From positions 310,001 through 374,000 of the forward strand of contig JBEUKZ010000016.1 in assembly GCA_048128005.1 (NCBI GenBank): 64,000 nt of DNA, read 5' to 3'. The stretch is from Veleropilina oligotropha (lineage: Eukaryota). This document shows, one piece after another, positions 1 through 12,300 of the stretch. A model generated the notes under the pieces. It ran no database searches, was not told where the DNA came from, and saw only the letters and a program-made list of their open reading frames with translations. Every line of letters starts with the position of its first letter. Position 1 is the stretch's first letter. The translations under genes were made by a program, and so were the position numbers.

Positions 1-2473
1 GGATCGCTTTTAATTATTTTTAAATTTTCAGTATCGATTAATTTAAACGGTAGCAAACTACTGACGAAAGTTGAGAGTTGAAAATTCCTAACTTTTTGTT
101 ATAAACAAAGTGTAATGCGGTTAGCTTTTTTACCAAAGAAAAAAAAGAGCGCATTTACGCGCAATAGTCTATTTAACGTTCATATTATCGCAGAGAAAAG
201 TTCAGTCACTCACGTAAACCGGTCATCACCAACCAGTTATGAACAACTGTGGCTGTTAACCCCACTGAAGATTCAGACCCATTCTCGTTAATCAGAGCAA
301 TCCAGCAGGTGAATTCAGTCGCAAACGTTATTATCCACTCAGCGGTTCAAGGTGCAGAGCACTTGCTATCAAACAGCAAATGACTATGCTCCTACGACAT
401 GTTACCAACCGGGTCGATCAACTGGGTGAACCGAGGTATAGAATTATATGTTAACTCTTTGCCCGATTAAAATCATCATGACTGGGGTAGAACCCATCAC
501 CTGCATCCGAAGGCCAGCGTTGCATTACTATATTAAGCCACGGTGACCATTAATTACGAGACAGAAGAGTATAATTAATTAACCTTGATAAAAAAACTGC
601 TGGCAGTAATAACATACCGTCAGCGGCGGAAAACCGTCATCCATGATATTAGCAGGGTTGGGCATAACCGGCAAGGAATTGCGAGGACTGAAAAAGACAA
701 GGCTATAAATCAATATTCAAGTTTAATATGAGAAAATTCAGTTCCACAACAGGAATACTCTTATGGCATAATCAATATTTATTATCCTATAATTGTAATT
801 CTCATTATTGTCAAGCTGTTCTTAGATCGGAGGTAATGAACAGAAAAATAAAACATTACATTGCACTGATGTTTATGACCCATTTATTTTAAATGAATTC
901 AAAATTCGAGGACACGTCCATAATATTATGGAAAGGAAACCTGATCGCCCGGGTAAACCCACCCATCTCCGCTAGTTATGGACCCTTATAGCTCTCCTTT
1001 AAATGCCACAAAGTTTCCGAACCAAGGATTCGAACTGCTGTGAAGAAGTACATTCAGTATGAGGATGGCATCGCATCAAGTGGAGCCCATAAGCCAATGA
1101 CATTAAAAGCACACTACACAAGACCCTTCATTTAAATTGAACTAATAAAGATAAATTAATCAGGATACGTTATTTTATTGTTCATATGTACAGTATTACC
1201 AAGCTGAGGAACAGGAGTTTACGCAAGAGAAAATTATCAAGTGATATAGAAACATTAATTGCATAAAGTTAGTGACGGAATGTTGAGCGATAATTATTAA
1301 CCCTATCCAGCCACTCTGTCACTATATACATATTCATAATAAATTCAGACAAGAAAGGGTTAATGCACGCAACTGAAGCTTGTGTGCATGTGAATGAAGG
1401 AACAAGTTCAAGGTTGAAGTAGTAGACGATAAATTCCACATACCACAAATTTTCCATGCAAAGTAGTTCCAAGGTCACATACGATGTTAAAATATGAACA
1501 TCACATTGTTCAATATTAAAAATGCAGTCTTTCATGCCAGCTGAATAGCATGCATCAACAAGTACACAGATGAATTCGGTTAGTTTGAAATGGTAGTTAG
1601 TTGCTTTCGATTGGGTGCTCACTTAAATTCCAGATGACGATTTCAAAGACAACAAAATATGACCTTCATTATGATTACTGTTTGCATTTTGAGGACCGGA
1701 ACTCTGCTTTATAAATGAGCACCAATTTGCGATTTAGTTATGTTGTGCGATTGAAATCTTGGTAACACATAATGACCTGTAAATGTCGTTCATCCGACAT
1801 TGCTGAACGTACGAATTCCTCCAGCTGAAGGATAAAGGGAATGATACGCGAATCACGACAATTGTACTCTCTAGTCGTAGGAGGTAAGAATACTGCATAC
1901 ATTGCGCCTGCCACCACTACCGGTGGTTGACCACAGCAAAATTTGACCAACAAGTTGCACGGATCAAATTGTATTTATTTGCTCTCAATTTTCATAAGGA
2001 AGATTTGTAAATCATATAAACCTGTGACTTAACTAAGTGAAGAACTAAAGATTCAAGGCCAATCCTGCGAAAATATTTCAGTAAGTGCGAGTGAGCCATC
2101 TCAGCACCAGGGTGGACCCGTATCAAGCTTTGGAGGTGGTCACAATTATATGCGGAATGAAGCAGATCACAATCACTACTAGCTCTTTATTGCATACAGA
2201 ACACTATATAATTGACATGAATATTGTAATGTAATAGTGTCAACCAGGTGAATATGTAAATATAAGCGCAGCTTCTGACGACAATAGCCTCTTTGACCCT
2301 TCAATACCAATATGGTCGACACATTAAGATTAGACAGATATTAATAACAAGGCCAGGCATCTAGTATGTTTATCAAGATTATAATCGTATTCAAATTTAT
2401 AATTTCAATTTGGTGAAGATACTATAACCGTTACCGATCTGATACTATAATATGACTCAAGACTTCTACCTAC

Positions 2474-2639
2474 CCGTCTTGCTGCCAATGTTTGGGCCGA
2501 AGGGGACGACCGGCGGAGTCAATCTTCTGAAAACCTCCCCCAATTGCCTGGTCAAAAACCTTGGAGTTTCTGAAATTGAGCAAATGAAGATCATTTGATT
2601 GGTGATGTCACTTGACGAAGGGTCTTTCACGGTCACTTC
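2474..2639 (-). CDS. Candidate further host exon
   Basis: GC-richer stretch bounded by ttatag and gtaggt, open in phase 0. An internal acceptor near 2570 is equally possible, and there is no family motif. Confidence 0.3.
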
Positions 2640-3293
2640 CTATAATTCCATTTGCGGTATAGGGCGGAGGAGAAGCGACAAAGTACATTAAAACTTTGAC
2701 CTCTGGAGACAGCAAATGCTGCCCATGCAATTCTCATTGAGTTCCTAAATACACAGCAGGCAAAGAGTGAATACACACATCTTGACAAACAATAGATGAC
2801 AAGATATGAATCGGTGGTCAAGTTGCAATGTTACAAGATACTAGGAGTTTTCCACGTATACTTAATTTTATTTTCAATAATCTTTTTTTATTGTGTCATA
2901 TAGTATGTTAAACATCACTGATAAACATAGCTGCTGGCCGGAATGTAAATGGATTGGTTTCAAAGTTTGACGTTCACTTTTGAAAATTATTTCAGTTATA
3001 ATGTAGTCGGAGGACCCCTGGTGTCTCTAGCTGGTCAGATGATGCTCTGCGCAATTTAGATGGCGTGCGTATTAATGGTAAAATCCCAGGCACAATCCTG
3101 GGTTTGAAACTGTGACATACCCACTCGGCCACATCGCTCGTCAAATGCTCTTTCATGAACTCTTGCTTGTAACGTATCAGAATCCAAGCAGAATTTGTCT
3201 ATTGTTAGATCTGTTCAATTAATATTATTATCAATACTTTAATTAAAATGTGTTATAAAGTTAATGAACTTTCCACAAGAGTGACGAGTTTAC

Positions 3294-3385
3294 CTGTTCC
3301 CCGGCCAGCGCTTTCCTCTTCCGATCCCGTCGGGTGGAATTGGCATTCTGGGATTGTTTCCCATGTGAATCACAACCGGCATGTC
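3294..3385 (-). CDS. OTUD4-like exon (low-complexity region, basic NLS-like RRDRKRK)
   Basis: tttctag|[30 protein letters not shown]|gtaaac, 92 nt, phase-compatible with the previous exon. Confidence 0.7.
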
Positions 3386-6300
3386 CTAGAAACGGTGAGC
3401 AAATTTATTACAATCATTCAGTCCCAGTGAAACCAAGTGGTGACATCATGTAAAATGAAGTTTGCTGACTTTTGAACATGATTCAAGAAAGTTGTTCATA
3501 TTTCGATTACCTACCTAGAATCCTTCATCACATATATTGATCTTCTTTGCGAAATAATGGGGGTACTAATATCAGAACAAAAACCCACCATGAAATGCAA
3601 CCATGGTTACCAAGAGAGTTAAACTCGCATTGTGTGTGAGTAAATGTATATGTTCATTCAACATATAATCATGCAAAATTTAAAGCAGTATACTGGTATA
3701 AATTTTTTTTTGATAAATCCAAATGATGCGCACCTTTTTTCTCCTGAAGCTTTTCTTCTTTGCAGAATAATATTCTGAAATTATAATGATTCAATGGTAC
3801 AAGACGAAATAAACAAGAAGATATCCCCCACACTGATGGACACAAAGACAGAACTTGTTTCTATATCCTTTGTTGTGCGGGGATAATTATACTAATGCAA
3901 GGCATATTATTTCTGAAAGAAACAAACCTTCAATTATGTTACAGTACTTAATTAAATACATAAGAACAAAAATTTAGAAAACAGATCACATCCCTCACAA
4001 AATTATAGGCTGTCTTGTTAAACTGATCGTCAATATTAATTATCAAATTACTTGAAAGACAATTCAAGCAGAAACATGGACCGATGAATTGACTTTCAGT
4101 GCCAAATCGTTTCAGAAAACATGCATGGAGTCTGATCTATGTTTGGATATGACGTAATTAGATCAACAAGCATACTGTCCATTTGCTATCGATGAAACAG
4201 TCTGATCCGAAAAAGATGTTAAATTGGGGTTCAAGACAACAAAAGTGATAAAATATTGTTAAAATGTGCATGGTCGTAAAACGGATAGAAATCAAATCGA
4301 AAAGAGTCATCAATAAATTAATTATAATTAAGGATCATGGAAAATGCAGCGAACCTGAATCAGAAGCGCCGACCTTCTGGTAATATCCAGATAACTGCTT
4401 GTAACTCTTGGAGAGAAAATTCCACCCTGAAAATGATGCATCTGCGATAAAGGAGGAGGAGGAATTGTGCTTAATGTCCTGTATATTTATAACATCGAGG
4501 TTCAAGGCAGGACATGTCCGTGTTATCGCGGGAGGAAACCCCGGTCGCCGGGTAAACCCGCCCTCTTCGGCCAGTCACAGACAACTGTGCTTCATAACTT
4601 GAACAAATGTGTGCTGCCTCAGCCAGGGGTCGATCCCACTACTGTTCGCGTCAGCGGAAACAAGCCAGTGAATTTAGAGTGGACACTCTACCCACTGCGC
4701 TACCGAAGCATCTGCGATAAACCAGCTGTATATATACCATACGTTCAATAAGGACATTAAATATGGAGCTGTAGAGAGTCAATTCACAAATAATTTGATG
4801 ATAAATATGAAAGTCTTCCAAAAATGGCAGTTATATTTCAATGAAACTATTCACTTAATTGCCACATTAACATTTTAAAACAAAAAACAAATACAATCTT
4901 AAAAGATTGAATATATTAAATTTGCTTGTTAGATTATACTTGGGCACATTCTGATAAAGAATTCAATTACCGTCAAAAGAATATATAGTTTTGTATAATT
5001 AACAATAGTGAAAATGAATTAAGTCTTATACTAACTTCTAAAGCAAAAAAATAATGTACAACAGGCTTGCACAAATTGAATTTTTGCGCAACCCGTTTAT
5101 GGGTTATGCCAAATAGTAGTTGCGTAACCCATTTTATTTGGGTAACCCTTTTTCATGCAAAACTATTTCAATTCATTAATAATACTTTATATATATATAT
5201 ATAATAGCAAGCACGCAGTGAGAGCTTACACATAAATGCATATACGGTAAACATAAAAGAACGAATTCAAGGGCAGACAACATACTATATGAATTAACTA
5301 GAGGTATAATCCTCATACAGGCCCGCCTTTTGGATATATAAATCCATAGAGAGGAAAATAATCAATAACTCTATATCTTCAAAGTGCCATCTGGAACGGA
5401 AATACACGCAAATGACCTTGACCTTTGACCCAGAGACTCCATTTTTGAACTTAACCAAGGCCTGATGGTATACAAGGTGCATACCCAAGATGAAAGCTGT
5501 AGGTCCAGCGGTTCATCTTCTATGTGACAGAAAGCAATCTTCGAAGTGCCAGAATGGAAATACACGAAAATGACCTTGACCTTTGACCCAGCGACCCCAT
5601 CTTTGAACTTGGGCTAGGCCTGATGGTATATAAGATGTATACCAAATATGAAAGGAGTCAGTCCAGCGGTTCATCTTCTATGTGACAGAAAGCATCAGGC
5701 GACGGACGACGGACGCCAGTCCACGGCTATAGCCCTGCCTTTAGAAGGCGGGCCAAAAATCAATGTTACGAAGTGGAAACGGAAATAGAATTATTTGGTT
5801 ATGCGCACCACATCTCAATCTGTCATTATGGACGGCACCATTTTCTTATAGGAAAAACCCTTTTCAACTCTCTTTTGCAAGGGAGCACCAAAATGAACTG
5901 CATATATATACGTTCACCGAACTCATCGTCAAAGGTTGATCGGTCTAATATATCTTCGTACTCGTCACTAGGTAGCACCTGTTGCATATTATTGCTAATA
6001 TTGTTGGTAATAAATTGTATAATTGATGTAATTTTTTATTAATAATTATTCTTTTTTTTTAAATGGGAGAAACTTCAAATAAAATTTTAAATTCAAATTT
6101 AAGTTATTAATTTTTATCTCAATTTTATAATTGATCCAACGTGTCACCACTGATTGTGAGTTTTCACTTGTACAGTATTGAGGTAACATGGAAAATGTTG
6201 CAGCATAAATATATTATGTACATCTAAATATAGACCAAATTCTATATTTATAAAAGCAATTCCATTATTGTGTTATAATAATAATGTAATATTTTAATGA

Positions 6301-9300
6301 ATTTAGTTAGAAGTACATCGTATTCAATAATGTCCGACAAGTCTTGTAAAATAAAATATTGCAGAGCTTCCTGAAGCCAACAGTACAGCTTTGGTTGTTG
6401 CAGCAAACTGGGAATTCCCAGTTACTATTTTTAGAATAATCCAGGGACACAAATCTGTCATGATTTATAATATGTGAACCCCGTAGCACATGTTCTGCAG
6501 TGTCAGTATTCAGAACTTTTCGAAGTTGTAAACAATTAGATTCTTGCCCATGCTTTGTTTATACAATTTTAAAAGTAGTATATTGCAGCTCCAGCCATAG
6601 CAACATTCGTTACGTGACAAGGTAATTATCTATTGAATTGAATAAACTGAAATTTCCTACTAACTGAAATTATTGCATGAACGAAAATTGGGTTACGCAA
6701 CATTGCATTTGTGCGAGCTTCAGGCGAGCTGAACGATCGTTCGCGAAATTTGTGCAGGCCTGTACAATATAGCGGAATGTATCAAATGACGTTAAACAAT
6801 GACATCAATTGGATCAATCAATCTGGAGCACTAAAATGAATTCGGGCAATGTGTGCAATGGAAACGACATTCATGCATGGACCATTCCTGGCACAGCAGG
6901 GGATCAATCGAGCATCTCCAACACTGTGATCCAGCGTTACAACCAATCGTCCCCATCGCTCCTCCACCAGTACAACTAGCATATTAGCAGGCTTTAATTA
7001 TTATATAATGAAAATATCGAACAATTTCCACTACCGGTATATCTTATAAATTTTACTCATCATATTACAATTAAAACGTATATTACGTATACCAATCTGA
7101 ATCACAGAATCTTTTTTTGTATAAACAATATATTCATTATTGAGCATTAATTGCTCAATAATACATGGGGGGATGGCGGCACAGAATATCCGGCCTACGA
7201 CCATAACGGCACTTAACCATTTTATGTGCATTTTCATCAGAAACAATTCCATAGTGCCAAGACAGTGAAGGTTCATATTCATGAGTGTAACTCACCTGAC
7301 TGAATCTGAGGAAGAGGTAGAGGTCGAAGACTCTTGAAAGGAACCTCGTGTCTGAAAATATAGCATTATTAATACTGGTATATTCAATGTTGGCTAAACA
7401 TATTCTTCGAGCAGACGACTCCAACCCAAACCTGTGAATTAAGCATATATACGTGGCAGACATGCATATGAGTGAATAGCTTAACCACTCGACCAGTTAA
7501 TGTTTACATGTAATATTGCAATATCAGATACACTTTTTTGTCTCCAACAATTTGATGATGAACTTTGCATAACATATAGAGCATATGGTAAAGTATCATG
7601 GAAATCAGAACTAATGGTTCACGTCATATCGCCATTTAACTCATCGTAATGAATGCCTATTACCATACATGCAAATAGTCAAATATAATAATTGTATGGT
7701 TTGATTTAAAATCAATATTTTACAATGACAAAAATATCACAATTACTTACAGATGGTTCGGACAAATCTATTAGCTTAGAGCGCATAACAAAGCAAATCA
7801 ATAAGTTTCTTCAGGCAAGGAAATTATGACAGATATGAACGCGATGATTGCTTCTTCAAGTTGGAATTAAGCACAAGATTTATTTTATTTTATAAATCAT
7901 TTAGTTTTACCACCATATTTTGAGAAATTTTCGGTCATGTCATACTCTGTAATGAAAACGTCGGTTTAAAGAGAGAGAGAACAGTACTTCATATAATGGT
8001 TAATGGGTTTTTAAGCCCTTCCTTGCACACATGGTGAAAATAAAGTCATAAGGTCACGAACAGCATTCAATGTATTTAATAACTATTTATTTAGCTAAAA
8101 ATTACCCAATAATAATGAATACTTTACAAATGTTATTAAATATTTACTTTTGTTAATTGTTTTCAGTTTTGGCAATAATTTTCTAACATGAATAACTATT
8201 GCCGTTAGTGGGTCGATCCTGCTTAAATACATTTCGTTGCTCTTAGAAATATAATTAAATAATACAAAGACAAGAAGCAACGCAATCTGCCATAGTCAAA
8301 TTTTGTATACAAATTAATAAAAATAGCAATTACCAACATACATTACTAGCAATCGTTTTGGAGAGAGCATTAAATGAAAATACAAACTGGTATACTCACT
8401 TTTGTCCGAGCTCTTCGATGAAGACGATCACCGGACCCTTCTCGCTCCCTATTTCCTGAATATGGGCGTTGTAGTGTTTCTCCACATGTCCCTCGTCGAA
8501 GACCACCTACAAGTTCAGGCCAACACTACAGCAGTGAACATGAGCACATTACCGCAACACAGGAAAAAGTTAATTATCATCATTAACATCGCTGCTACAA
8601 TGTCAATCTACGAGGGAATCTTGTTTCGAAGTAATGAAGCGAAACCTTGACAAAGTGCGGTTGTTGCCCAAGCTCGTGCATGAGATGTTATCTAATCGAT
8701 GGCCGTTGCATTTCTGGAGTATGGCTACAAACCGTACCACCACTCTTGTCTGTTATCATCAGCAAACTTCAAATGCCCCAGGGCAGGAGCCAGCCATTAT
8801 ATGCCCTCGTAACTAGCTCACTTTCCGGCACTGGTACAGTGCCTATACTTAGAGATAACAGCTGATAGGCGAACTATTTACATGCAGAAAGAACAATGAC
8901 CACATAATATCAATGTAAATGTATATATAACATGTCAAGTAATTTTCACACCATTCATAGACATATATTCCATTAGTAAAATAAAAGTGCACAGAAATAT
9001 TGCATGTGTGCATTAGGAAAATATACAAAACACTTTCATGGAGACAGTGTGTGTTAGATATCCATCGCGGATATGCAAATTTGTTCGCATATATACAATG
9101 AATTCATCTAATTAATCATATCATTACATATAAATTATATTTTCAAAATTGCTTATACCTGAACAATGGTGATCTGGTATTAATATAAACTGGGATATTA
9201 CCAGGTATAATGAATATACTGGCAATTTGTCACTTTAAAAGCATAATTACTTTAATTCATTTATTTGAAGTTACAGTTTACATCTTCAAGTAGCATTTGT

Positions 9301-12300
9301 ATAAATATACATCATATTTTCTAAAATAAATACTACATGTTCAACAGTCAATGATTCAGAGTGCAGCAATTCAACCAAGCACTGAATATCCAGAGGCTAA
9401 TAATTAATTGCGCCATAAAACTAGTTGAAAGAAAACTGCAACCTCAACAAATAGCTCCATGCAGGAAAGAAAACGCTGGTTATTTCTTTTGATGTAGCCA
9501 CTATTTTTAAAGCCCCTCGACTTACCCACACATATTAACTGGCATGCATTATGTGGTATATTTGATCACGAGTGAAATAATGGTTTATTCACGCATTAAT
9601 ATACAAGTATAAACACCAAAATTAACACAATAATTAAGTCGTAGAGATCTTAATCATATACCCTTTTACAACATGCATGTACATATAAATATATTATAAT
9701 CATACGCACCCTGCGTCTAAGTTGAAAGAGATTTGCATATGCATGCTTTCATTGCATTTGCACTAACTGAACAGGGTTTGGAAGAGATGGTTTGTCTTCT
9801 GGGCAAAGTCACTTCACAAGTGTCTATATTATCGTGGAAGGAAAGCCTGGTCGCCATGGGAAACGTGCCCTCTCCGGCCAGTTGCGGACAAAGTCTTAAA
9901 TCAAGATGGATAACTGAACAAAGAATGTTAATGCAGAGATTCGAACCCACTCCAGTTAGTTAGCGCAATCAAGCCAGTGATTTCAGAGTCGGCACCGACG
10001 ATGCGTATACCACACGACTACTGGGGCGTCCTCATCATTATGTTGTCATTACTTTATCCTGTCATATACTTCGTATTATTATTATGTACACTCACTTGGC
10101 ACTTGTCTCCTGTCATATACTACGTATCATTATTATGTACACTCACTTGGCACTTGTCTCCTGGAGCGAATTGCACACCTCTGTTCGACTGGTAATCTTT
10201 CTGGATAAAAACTGTACAAAGAATATAAAATTATCCTATATATTTGCTCAAATGTAATCATTCACAATTCAATAAATCGTAAAACATGTCCTGTAACTGT
10301 AGTTGAAATATCCAAGCTACTATCAATACACAAAATGTACATGTTCACAACTACCTTATAATATTCAAAAGCTTATAAAATTGTAACAATTAAAGTACAT
10401 ATTCAATAGCTTATAATTTTTTTTAACAAAGTACATTTGTGAATAGGAGGAGCGTGCATGTCAAATAAAATGACTTGTATCTTCTGACAAGGAATGAGTC
10501 CATCTTACTTGCATGCATGCAGTAATGCTAATCACACAGACACATTTAGTTAAAAAGGAAATTAAACTTTATCACAGATAATATCAGCAAAAATGCTTGT
10601 ACATGTACATGGTGTCTTGCATTGTCAAAGTTGAATACATGGATCAATGGATGCATAGTTTAACATAGCGCTGACTCTATATATATATAATATATAATAT
10701 ATGTGCTCAAGTGATAATAATTTTGTGAACTTTTTATAGACTTCATGACCCTCCAAAATTTGGTATTTTATAACATACTTTTTTTCGCTTCCTGCCAGAT
10801 ATCTAACTCCACATTGCGATATATTTCTGGATCCAAAGCTTTTGCTATCCTGTATGGCAATGGTGGGCTAACTCGATCAGAGCAAACTTGTCGATCATCC
10901 TACACACAAAAAGATTACATATTTAATGTCAATCAGGCGATTATACAAATTAAATATTGAGCTAAATCCGAAATAATGCTCGCTTCTTTTCCAACACAGT
11001 ATATATATATTTCCTTTTTAATTCATGCATATATACCGACATGAAACATTTTATCCGTAATTTAATTTAGCAACATCAGTAAGCAGAGTTTCATTACTGG
11101 CATATTCTCTGCATGCACATGTGATACCTGTCATACAAATGGCCGACTTCCATGATCACGAAAAATATATTGGTCAGGATTCGGATTTTAATTATGAAGC
11201 AGTTTTGAAAGTAGAGAGTTAAAACTCTTGATTGTAGAGACATCTGGTTAGGATCATTTTGTTCCCAGTCAGATTTGGCATTATATGCTATGTCCCATTT
11301 TGTGGGCAGCGAGTAAGCAATCCATGAATGTCTTGTTTAGTAATATTTCTACCTTTATAACCTGTGTAAAAATCAATTGGCTGTTTATTTTGGAGATGAT
11401 AATTTTTTTAATTTGAAATTCAATTTGTCAATGAAGGTGCCACCTGCAGAGAAAGACATTGAACAAACTTTCAGGCAATATATATATTTATTAACATCCT
11501 ACAATGTAACCAGTAATATATGCATTCCAATGAAATTGAAAAAGGTAATAATTTCTCGTCTATATGCAGCAGCATAGTTACGAGTGCTGAGGCGTACAAG
11601 AAACCCAACACGCAATCTGCTGGTCTTCCCAGGTACATTCTGTGAATGTCACGCAGAACCTACATGAACAAAAAGCTTTTTTAAACCATGTAGCATTGCA
11701 TATTGCCATGGCCATATACTGTTAATTGTGACAGAAAATGGCAGTGAAACCCTGTCACCGTGATGAGTTATGGATAACTGTCACTGCTCTCTCAATAATG
11801 TCTTCGACTGATCTCGAGCCCTTATTGAACTTCGTCAGCATGCACCAGGGTGGTTCGTACGTTTAAAAATGTCATGCTCGTAATCTGTTGATGCCTCTGG
11901 TGGCAGCAAATTAAACTGCCCAATTCTCATTGAGTTACTGAATACACAGCAGGCAAAGAGTTAAGTTCTATTAAAAACTAGAGGAGTTGTTTTGTGGGAA
12001 CAAAAACATATGTCTCCCCATGTAAGAGAAATCACTCCATATTGAGACCCTCATGAAGTTTGGAAAGTCACGAACTGGGAGTGTAAATATATTTGACGAA
12101 ATTGATGGATTTATGCAAATGTCTTGAATATTTACACCCTTCACTTTCAAGGCATGGGAACCTATGAAGATGACAAGAATTTTAGTAGGTCAATGGTCAT
12201 TACGGCAAGGGCAAAGGTCATATTCGGAAAATTACGCCTCTGCACAATGGCACATTAAGGGCCTGCTAGATATCACATATCACATATCGCATATCACAGG

